From: Bilabrum cf. latius
Lineage: Eukaryota
Assembly (NCBI GenBank): GCA_965178125.1
Contig: OZ237747.1
Coordinates: forward strand, 1,178,001 to 1,226,996
DNA: 48,996 bases
Reading direction: 5' to 3'
Shown: positions 39,176 through 48,996 of the stretch, piece after piece
Position numbering within the stretch: position 1 is the first letter of the stretch
Layout: each line of letters begins with the position of its first letter
The notes under the pieces: generated by a model
The model's database searches: none
Seen by the model: only the letters and a program-made list of their open reading frames with translations
What the model was told of the DNA's origin: nothing
Program-made: the position numbers and the translations under genes

Positions 39176-39571
39176 ATGATGCTTCAGTTGGACCTCATGA
39201 CTGCAGCTAAGCGCGCTACCCAGATTGTTTCGGGTTCCCAAAGTTTGCCCAATGCAGAGCCAATCAAAGCTTATATTCAGAAAACCGTAGATTCTGGGCT
39301 GCACGCTGCGAGTAGTCCCCAGACTGATGGGGCAGTGAAAGCCCTAGATCTCAGCACGAAATTATCGGAATGCAATCGTCAGATTTAGCTGGTGTATCGC
39401 GAAAACATCCGGGTACTAGACCAGGTGGGTAATCAGCATGGACAGTTTCAACGGCTTGGCCTGGCAGCGGCAGAGGGACGGGAGCGCCTGCACGAAATTG
39501 AACAGAGGCTCGATCGCGTCAGCAGAATCCTGGAGTAGAGTTCAGCGAATTTGAAAGAAGCTGAGACATAA
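39176..39571 (+). CDS. Hypothetical small coiled-coil protein (131 aa)
   Basis: ATG 39176 to TAA 39569-39571 when TAG 39386 and 39536 are read as sense. The C-terminal half is heptad-like (RLHEIEQRLDRVSRILE). Confidence 0.5.
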
Positions 39572-39589
39572 TCTTTGAATTACTCCGAC

Positions 39590-42500
39590 TCATGTCATCC
39601 GCATACCACGCCATGCAGCTTCTACCACAGATGCTACGCTACTAATCAGATCGTCGGGCACGGCCACCTCGCCGGACTTGCCAGACAGGCAGAGCCTCAA
39701 ATCCGCAAGTGCACGGGTGAGGAGCCGATCTTCGGGTTCAGCGGCTGGCCATGCGATACTAGCCTTACTGGTGAGCAAAACAGATGCGGCTGGCCTGCCC
39801 TGGTACTCGGCAGTTGGGCTGCGCCCAACGTGGCCCTTCCAGGCACCAAGCGCGTCCTCCGCTTGCAGAGATGGGGATCTCGATTCATCTGGTCCAGGGA
39901 TGGAGTCTGCCAGCCGTATCCCAGCAGCAACAAGCGGCTGCTAAACCGATGCAGGGCTCGGCAGCGACGCTTTGGCCCACACGCAGACACGTTCGGCAAG
40001 CGCCCGAATTGTGCCAGGCGATGATGCCCACACCGGAGCTGACCGCTTGGAGCTTTCCATCCGAAAGTGGATCGAGACATCACACGGACCCGCTGGTACC
40101 GGAGCCTCAACCCTACATGGCTCCAGCCCGTCACCCCTAACCCATAAGGAACCTGTCCGGCCGACTACGCGAACCGCAATGTCAGCCTGCACACCCGAGT
40201 GCGTTCCGGGTACGCCTGGCAGCTCGCACTCGAGAAGGACCTCTCCTTCCGTACATCGACGAGGGTGCACGCTGCTCTGGCCAAGCCGTAGCATCAAAGC
40301 AGCTGACACGTTGCTGGCCACCCTCGCGGCCTCTGCCACGTGCAAGGAAGCCCCTGCCGGCAAGCAGCACGCCAGTGATCCCTGATGCATTGGCTTGGAC
40401 CGTCCACTCGCCGGCGATGCAACCAGTCGGTGCTGCTCCCGCGCTCCTGCTGGTTCAGACGAAGCCTACACGTCTTTTTCCCGCCTCCCTTCGCTGCTGA
40501 ACATGCTTATCAGGCTTTCTGCCAGCGCGTCTGATACTCCGCCAGCTTCCCACTCTACAATGATGGAACCCCCCTGCTCGCAAACTGCACGCAAACCATC
40601 CGCTCTAAATTCTTGCATAGGGGACCACCTAACAAATACTTGGGGAGCAGCAGACCCTGCGGCAGCCGCTGCTCTTGCACGAGCAGTGCTTGCTCTTGCA
40701 CCAGCAGTGCTTGCAGGCTCGCTAGCCAAGGCAGGTTCATTCCATTCGTCAAACTCCTGCGGGTCCGTCACGCCCCACTCTGGGGCCGATGCTTGCCTGC
40801 GTGGGTACACGTCGCCTGCATCGCGCAGAACAGGGTCGCAACGAACCCACGCACCAATCCACTGCATGCGGCTAGCGTGCATGATGCCAGCGAAACTGGC
40901 AGCGGCATCTGCAGGGCTGGAGCTGGCGTGCTCAACAGCAGCGCTGGAGCTGGCACTGGCACTGGAGCTTGCGGGACTCGCAGCCGCGGAGGCGGAGCTA
41001 GAGCTTGATCTGGGAGGGGGTCGCGTTTCCTCGTCCCAAACATCGAAGCAGAGCGCGAATCTCTGATGTAGCCGTGATCTGATCGAGTGCTAGTTTGAGC
41101 GCACCGGCAGCACGGTGCGGCTCCACAAGCGGGATTGGTGGAGAGCGGCTTGCTATCCAGCCTGCACTGAGCTGTACACCTATCTGCTGGTGGCACCTCT
41201 GGTTCGAGATACAATGCACCCTTCGATCCCTGCAATGATAGCTAGGCCGGCAGCCCCCACAACGCGCCTTCTTTTGGGGGAGGAGCCGTCATCTTCCGCG
41301 TCTGCCCGAGAGCGAGTAGCTGCCAAAGCTGCGATCGCCCCATCAGCAAGCATGCCTCTCAGAGCCACTCGCCGGTCCTCTCGAAACTTCTTGTGCACAA
41401 TTGACAGATTTCCAGGGCCTTCGATGTGAAACGGTGCAACCTGCGGCTTAGGCTTGCCTTGTCGCTTGCACTGCTCTTCCAGTGCTTTCCAGTAGTACTC
41501 TGTCAGCTTGTTCTTGAGTCGATTCATCTCATTCAGCTCGCCATGCACCAAGATGATTGTCTTGGGCATCCCCATTGCCCGGATCATTCCCAGATTCTCG
41601 TTCAAGTCTGCATGTGCCATAAAAGCTATTTCTTCGACAGAGCAGTTGAGCTTGATGGGCGCACTGCCTCCCCTGACCGGCATGATTTCTCTCGGTCGAC
41701 CCAGCAGCTCACGGGCCATGGTCCCTTCTGGATTGAATCCTGTAATGATGACTCCATTCGACCGGTGCCCCGCCCACGCCTCGAGTAGCTACCGGCTCGC
41801 GCCGGTGTGAAGGAAACCGGGCGCCACCACCGCAACGCAGGGGCCAGCTCGTGACATTGCCAAAACATCATCTGCAGATCGCACTGCCTGTGCGTACTTG
41901 AGATTCCACGGGTTTTGACTCAGCGTCTTGGCTTGGATCCGGCTGTTCATAAAGGCTGAGTAGGTGCCGTAGATGTCGAGCGAGTTGCGAGATTGCCTCG
42001 AGCAGTAGAGCAGGGGAATAGCCTGCAGCTGCGGATTAGCACTCCACAGCTCATCAAGAATCAGAAGGAGCTCCTGAGCGCGCCCAACAGCAGAGGCAGG
42101 CAGTAAGCACCGGCCTCGCCGCCCAACGATCGCCTCGACCGACTGGCAAAACCTTCGTTCCCTGGCTTGCCGTGACTCGAGTACTTTTATGCCGGTGGTA
42201 CTTTCCCCGATGATTACGTCAGGAGGTTTGTCTCCGATCCCTGATGGCAAGTCTGCAGCCATCAGATGCCGATCCTCTGCACCAGTCCAGTCGCCAGTGT
42301 ACAAGACTCGCAAGCTCCCAAAGTCAAGCATCACCATCGCAGCTCCTAGCACATGCCCTGCATGATAGAACGTGGCAGAAACAGGGGATACATTGCTTGC
42401 GGCGCCGCTGCCCGCCCGAGCCCCACGATCTGTCCTGCTCGCAATCTCAACCTTCTCTCGGAACTACACGGCCTGGATCCGGCGAACGCTCCTGTCCACG

Positions 42501-43055
42501 TCATCTTCCGAGAATAAAACCGAGCTTTCACCCGTGACAGAGCTAGATGAAGCCCCTCCGCCTGCTTGCCCCAGTGAGTGCCTAGAAGAGATCCCTCCGG
42601 ATGCTGCCTTTGATACCCGAGCCTGATCCGAGAGTGTCAGCCGCAAAACAGCGATGGTTGGATCGGTTGCAAAGACTCGACCCCGAAAGCCACGGATGCG
42701 TTCAGTCAAGTACGGTACCGCTGCCGCATGGTCCACGTGAAAATGACTGCTTTGAAAGTGAAGCAGAAAGCTGATTCTACATACGTGCACAACCACCAAA
42801 CAGCGCCAACACTGAACGAAATAGCTCTCACGATATAATCAGGGCATCGACATCTTCGATTCGGAAGCTTTCCAATCTACTTCCTGGAACTCCAAGCTCA
42901 GAGAGCATCGGCAAGCTCTCCTTGCCTCTCAGGGATGCCGCCAATCCGCAGTCCAGCATTACGGTAGTACCCTTAAACCTGATTAGGATACAGCTGCGGC
43001 CCACCTCCTACCCGCCGCCTAGTGGAACAACTTCTAGCTCTGTAACACTGTCCAT
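39590..43055 (-). CDS. CPSF3: Cleavage and polyadenylation specificity factor 73 kDa endonuclease (CPSF3/Ysh1)
   Basis: PLGGG*EVGRSC...MLDCG, intron 42831-42747, SHFHVDH, HAGHVLGAAM, LYTGDW..EDRHL, GRAQELLLILDELW, FMAHAD and LVHGE. TAG at 43008, 42464, 41789, 41180, 41090, 40466 and 39941. Ends at TGA 39590. Confidence 0.95.
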
Positions 43056-43340
43056 CTTCTAGAGCCGTGTTTTCGTGAATTCCTAAACAACTTGAAGGAG
43101 GCCGCACAATAGCGGAACCAACCACTCGCCTCTGCCGCGGCGCCCACAACGGCGGACCGCCAAGGGAATTTCTATACATTGCGGCATATTGGCGCTTCAA
43201 ACGCGTATGGCTATTGCATCAGAAGTAGATATTCTCACGTGGGGAATCGGAGTAGGTGTACTGGTGACTTGTGTGATCGCTCCATTGTCCTGGCTGGTGA
43301 TTCGATCCCGCGGAAGAGCCTTTAGGAGTGATTGATAGCA

Positions 43341-46300
43341 ATGGCTCTGTTTGCGCTAGGTGGTATGAACGCAGGTTCCAGCTCAAGAGATAGCGCCGGG
43401 CGTGGGGCTGGGGCCAGTCTTGGGCGCGGCCGCGGCCGCGGGCGTGGGCGTGGCAAACCAGCAGGACGTGGCCGTGTAGGCCACTTGAAGCTGAGGGTGG
43501 GCAGCCACACTCACGACGCAGCCGGCGAGAACAGCTAGAGTTGGAATGACCGTGATTAGGTAGTGCCCGACCGTGCTGAACGACATAGGGATCAACGGAA
43601 GGCTTCTGCCTACGAGGGTGCCGCAGAGTGGGCGACGGGGGACAACCACAGTCTCGCTATTCCAAGTCGTGTTAAGCGCCGAAGCAGTAGTAGCCGAGCT
43701 TCCATTAGTTCAAGTGCTAAAATTGTGCATGCTGGCTAGAGGTCCGACATGGAATCGTCTGGGTCTGCAGCATCACTGCTTCTTCGCAAGAGTCTTCTCC
43801 ACGTATCTGGCTTGCCAGCCAATACTTCGCATGCTCAAGCAGCCTTGCTGCTACGTTCTGCAATTGAGACTTGTGCCTAGGGGTCTGTCGCCGATGCTGC
43901 TGAAATCGCTGTCGTGGACGTTTACCGGGATACCTGCAAGGCCCTTGTTCGGCCGCAGGCCACTGCAGCCGCACTTGTGCGAGCCTCCAGGTCTAGCCGG
44001 GGCATTGCTGCACCTGGAAAGGCAGGGGCCGAGGTGGAGTTCATAACGAAGGGTCGTAATGCCCCCATCCAATCAAAACGCGTGCAGTGCTCGGTGGATG
44101 CAGGGACCATCACGATTCGAAAGGGCAACCCAGGCCATCTAGAAGGCAAGCGGCTTGCTATCGCCCACTCCGTTGCTGCCTCTTGGGACTCGACTGGTGA
44201 CGCTGAAGATCTACCCGATGGTGTTCAACGAATCGACCCACCCAGGAGCGAACTCGAAAGTAGATCAAAGGCAACGAGCAGGCCGGAGTCAAGCGCCGGG
44301 CTGGATCTGCACTCTGAACGAGAACCGAGCCCCACCCCGCCGGCAGCCCAATCGAGTGGTTTTCTGGGCACCACGGTGGAATCTAGATCTGCGGTCGGTG
44401 GGGCCTCCGAAGCCCTGGCCAGCCTTGGGATTCCCCAGGAGTTTGCTGCGTCCATGCAGCAAGCAATGAAGCAGCAGGAGACCTTCGAAGGGGCCCCAGA
44501 TGCCACCGATCAGGAAGGCGCCTCAACAAAGGAAGAGACGTCGGCTGAACAGTCTGGACGCGATGCTGGGTGTAAGCAGCCGCCGCAGCACAAGGAACGA
44601 GCCGACTCCGTTTTGAAGCACAGGCGCACGGGCGGCTTGAAGCGGCGCGTGGAATCTCAAGACTGGCGAGGTGATGACGAGCTTGAAGACGGGCAAGCCA
44701 TGTGGAAGACTGCAGAGAATTTAAAGCGTGCTGAGGGCCTGTGGGGCCGGGGCATGTGCGGGAATCTCTACTCCCCGGACAGCAAAGCGAACCGACACAC
44801 TCGAGAAGGGGATAACCAGCTGGTGCCATTCGAGATTCCCAAGGACGGCATCCCGCTGCCATAGCTGCCGATATCTGGCGTCTCCCCTGTAAAGGCGTCC
44901 CTTGGCCCCGGCATTACTGTTGCCTCGTTTTCTGACGGCGGTCCCTTGGGCTGGTTCAAGGGCAGGCCTTCCCTCAAGGCCCTGGCAGTTGCGAAGCACA
45001 CGAGGTCCTCATCCGGAGATGAGCAGCTCGACTCACGCGAAACAGAGCAGGTTCGGCCTCCGTCTGTTCTGCTCCGTGTGTGTGACTACCTGTTCGGGGT
45101 CGTGATTGATGCTGACAAACAAGGTCACGACCCTCGTTTCGATGGACGTCCGACTCTGCTCGAGATTCACGAGTTCCTCTTCAACCGGACACGAGCTGTC
45201 CGCAAGCACCTCGGCACCCAGGGCTTCAAGTATGGTCAGCGGAACGACTGTATAGCAATGGAGATCTTGGAGCGATGTGCTAGGTACCACATATTGATGC
45301 AACACGAACTCTGCGATGTCTCAGGGTTTGACCAAGGCCTGAACTTGGAGTAGCTCTCTGCCAGCCTGAAGGGTGCAATAGCGCTGTATGACGATGCGTG
45401 GGAAAGGCACGAGTCTTTCTGTCGCTCTGTGGCACGGACGAATTCGAAACCACCAACGCGGCTGCGATCACCCTGTGAGGCAGAGATTCGCGGGTTGTGG
45501 CTGTTGCTGCATGCGTCGGATGCCAGGGAGAGAGTTGCAGTCTCGCTGCATCTTAAGCAACTCAGACCTGAGCTCTTGAGGCACCCGAGGATCCTGAATG
45601 CAATATGGCTTTACAGGTGTGCCGACTGCAACGACATCGCGTCGATCCTGCGTGGGCTGCGATCTGGCTCGTGTGAAGGAAGGCACCTGTCATATTTGGA
45701 GAGGTGCTTGGTCCACTTTACCTTACGTGAGCAAAGGATGCGGGTGCTACGATCGCTGCAGAGTTTTGTTGCTGCGAAAGGAAGTGATGCTGCAGGCCGA
45801 GGCACCGGTTCGATTTCGCTCGGGACTGCTGCTGAATGGCTTGGCGTAGACGAGCGGGAACATCCCAAAGCCCGTGTAAAGTACTTGGCCGAGTATCACG
45901 GTGTGCGACTTGTTCGAAGAGGTACGGGGCATGTTGTATGGCCTGAAGGGAAGAAGCGCAGCCAGCGCTTTTTGCCCAATGGCAAAGACAAACCGTATGT
46001 GCACTAGCGGGAGACTTCCTTGGTGCGGCCACCCGATGGCGTGGGACCGGTGGGGTCAGACTCTCGTGAATCTGGGCTTGACCCTTGTGCAAGAGCCCGA
46101 ATTGTACTGGGGGTGACGTGGGCGATCCAAAGCATATACTTACTGCCCAGTTTCGGCGTTGATAGCAGTGGGGAAACGATTGCCGTCTCTGGTCCAGAAA
46201 GGCGCGAAATCATGGAAAAGCTGGGCGGCGGGGGTCTCCGTCGAGGCGGTAGCATTTGGTGTGGTTCTTTGCCCGAAGGGTATATTGTCACTCGCGATGT

Positions 46301-47906
46301 GACGGGAGAAGTCGGTGAGACGCACGAGGCGCTGCCTCCCGCGCGTCGCGTTCGAAGCTCACTTTACTCTACCATTGACGAGCCGCTGCGAGCTCCTTCC
46401 GCGTACAAGACAGAGTCTCTTGGCAGCGGCAGTGCTGGAATAGCCAGCGTCGATCCGTCTGCAGCTCAGGAGGTCGAGCAAGAACCGGACCCTTAGCACA
46501 AGCTTGATGCAGAGCATGAGGAGTAGGATTACAGCACCCAAGGGCAGAATCTTGCAACTGAGGTCCCAGCCGAAGTTCAACCCAATTCCACAGGTGCGAT
46601 AGTTACAGTCCAGGATCCACCTAGCAGAGTGGAGGACTTCTCATCAACGATTCCATCAGTATCAGCATCCAAATCTCCTGGTGATGGAAATGGATTGTGG
46701 GATGTAGGCCATTAGACTACTGTGCAGGAGGTAGCCTCTAAATCAGACAAGCTTGAATATTCTGGTTCGAGTATCGCTGGGCAAAGTGAACGTGCAAGTA
46801 TGGATGGCGCGGACTCCGGCTTCCCCCATGCTGGCTTTGATCTTGTGACAGCTTCCCCCACGCCTCCCCCCGGCAGCGGCTTTTCGTTGGGACCTGCGGA
46901 TGCATCCGCTTCCATTGAGTACCCAGCACGCACATTCGATGCTGTAGACAAGGAAGGCACATTTTTGGGCGATCGAGTAGCTGAACGTGATGACCAGTCA
47001 TCGTCTCCCGCAGGGTCAGGGGAACGTGGTGCTGCTAGCTCAACTGCACATGCATCCATCGATGCCGTCGACTCTGCCGACACGATTACGAGGTATCCCC
47101 AGCGCCCCATTGGAACGAAGCGGCCTCGTGCGTGTCTGTCATTGATGCATCAGTGGCACAAGCCTTCGATTCAGCCAGACTTGCGAACGAGCCAGTGGGC
47201 ATCCTCAGCGTTGCATTACCGACGGGAGCGAGACCGAACTCTGGCTCGGGATTCTTCGGCTGCACGAGTTGGTTCCAGTGTCGCTTTCAGGCACGAGACA
47301 CAGGCTGCTGCCATTGGAACTGTCAAGGTAGTGCAGCTACATAAGCTGAAGGCGGCTTTTGGTGCAATCAAGCAAGCTTGCTGCGACGTACGTGAGCGCC
47401 GCTCAGCTGCTCTACGCGTTCCAGTCGGATCTGTGGCTGGACAATCATCACCGACGCAACCCGTGGTGCGATTGGGGGTGGCCAGTGGAGCTGGATCTTG
47501 GAACTAGCACTCTCCTGCACTGGCAGTGTCGCCATCTCGCGCATCAAAGCGAGCCCGTGTTGATTCACCTAACACCTCCGATGGTCTTGTAGAACTATCA
47601 CGTAACCGCGATACCGATGGAATTGCTCGTGGAGTCTGTCAAGGGGCTCCCAGATCGTTGGCTGTTTCTGCCCAGCACCTGGACACTCGCTGGCAGCGTT
47701 GGGCTTCTGGAGCCTACGGAAGCATTAGCACTCCAGCCGCAAAGCAGGACATGTGGTAGTTACCCCGGAGGCAGTACGCTGCTGCTAGTCAAACTATGCC
47801 GAATGCTCAGAGCTCAGTGTTTGGCTTCGACGAATCAGACGAGTCTGATGTGGAAAGTGAAGGTCTGTATGACCAACTTGAGCAGATATTGCTAGATATG
47901 GACTGA
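43341..47906 (+). CDS. SAC3: SAC3/GANP family (TREX-2) mRNA export factor
   Basis: Intronless frame of about 1521 codons with 12 TAG. N-terminal RG repeats. SAC3_GANP motifs VRPPSVL..VCDYL, HEFLFNRTRAVRK, ILERCARYHIL and NLE*L...LYDD. Ends at TGA 47904-47906. Confidence 0.88.
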
Positions 47907-48212
47907 CTTAAGAATCTTTTTTGAGAGAAGTGCCATCGTACAACTTAAGATTATTTCTGCATCCTGCTGCCATCATCGATTCTTCCCACCTTCCATCCAT
48001 CCGCCGCACTCCCCACTCACCAACATTCCTCCCCACGTGCACCGTGCAACTCATCCGCCGCCCTCCCCGGAAACCGGCAACCTTACCCCTCAAAACCTAG
48101 GGTACAACTCTGACTTGGGTCATAACTCTTCGCGGCGCCGCGGTTCCGCAGGGTCAGTGAAATCCGTCAGGGCCGTGTGCCGCTTTGGGGTAGATCCGGA
48201 GTCGATATTCAT

Positions 48213-48996
48213 GGGTTAGGGTTAGGGTTAGGGTTAGGGTTAGGGTTAGGGTTAGGGTTAGGGTTAGGGTTAGGGTTAGGGTTAGGGTTAGGGTTAGGGT
48301 TAGGGTTAGGGTTAGGGTTAGGGTTAGGGTTAGGGTTAGGGTTAGGGTTAGGGTTAGGGTTAGGGTTAGGGTTAGGGTTAGGGTTAGGGTTAGGGTTAGG
48401 GTTAGGGTTAGGGTTAGGGTTAGGGTTAGGGTTAGGGTTAGGGTTAGGGTTAGGGTTAGGGTTAGGGTTAGGGTTAGGGTTAGGGTTAGGGTTAGGGTTA
48501 GGGTTAGGGTTAGGGTTAGGGTTAGGGTTAGGGTTAGGGTTAGGGTTAGGGTTAGGGTTAGGGCTAGGGTTAGGGTTAGGGTTAGGGTTAGGGTTAGGGT
48601 TAGGGTTAGGGTTAGGGTTAGGGTTAGGGTTAGGGTTAGGGTTAGGGTTAGGGTTAGGGTTAGGGTTAGGGTTAGGGTTAGGGTTAGGGTTAGGGTTAGG
48701 GTTAGGGTTAGGGTTAGGGTTAGGGTTAGGGTTAGGGTTAGGGTTAGGGTTAGGGTTAGGGTTAGGGTTAGGGTTAGGGTTAGGGTTAGGGTTAGGGTTA
48801 GGGTTAGGGTTAGGGTTAGGGTTAGGGTTAGGGTTAGGGTTAGGGTTAGGGTTAGGGTTAGGGTTAGGGTTAGGGTTAGGGTTAGGGTTAGGGTTAGGGT
48901 TAGGGTTAGGGTTAGGGTTAGGGTTAGGGTTAGGGTTAGGGTTAGGGTTAGGGTTAGGGTTAGGGTTAGGGTTAGGGTTAGGGTTAGGGTTAGGGT
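48213..48996 (+). repeat. Telomeric (TTAGGG)n array, about 130 copies, right chromosome end
   Basis: Perfect TTAGGG repeats to the end of the window, with a single CTAGGG variant at 48564-48569. Confidence 0.99.

Noticed and set aside
36530-43055. TAG as pyrrolysine, Leu, Glu or Tyr, or programmed readthrough
   Set aside because: Conserved-column identity and poly-Q context both indicate Gln, and up to about 20 TAG per gene is incompatible with leaky readthrough.
20607-47906. Mass pseudogenisation or sequencing error as the cause of internal stops
   Set aside because: The interruptions are exclusively TAG, with no frameshifts, in essential genes with intact catalytic motifs. Random decay would also give TAA, TGA and indels.
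1-48212. Suppressor tRNA-Gln(CUA), rRNA, snRNA, CRISPR array or transposon in the window
   Set aside because: None was recognised by eye. The predicted tRNA presumably lies elsewhere in the genome; tRNAscan-SE and Infernal were not run.

Overview
Gene-dense end of a eukaryotic (protist) chromosome: about 20 protein-coding genes, several with short GT-AG introns, run to within about 300 bp of a (TTAGGG)n telomere (48213-48996). Recognisable genes are PRPF38B-like, SPRY-domain protein, sugar O-methyltransferase-like, beta-propeller surface protein, ASPM, B9D2, MO25/CAB39, DHHC palmitoyltransferase, RIO1, SPT16, Rix1/PELP1-like, COQ9, mS26-like, SIN3, CMAS-family methyltransferase, CPSF3 and SAC3/GANP. 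The main result is a non-standard nuclear genetic code. Every gene model contains in-frame TAG codons (about 90 by manual count). They fall at conserved Gln positions and inside a CAG/CAA poly-Gln tract, while every gene model ends in TGA or TAA. TAG therefore encodes glutamine and TAA stays a stop (translation table 15-type code), which is why the supplied ORF track fragments every gene. Homology calls come from recalled family motifs, not database searches. Gene models were assembled by hand, and several start sites are uncertain.
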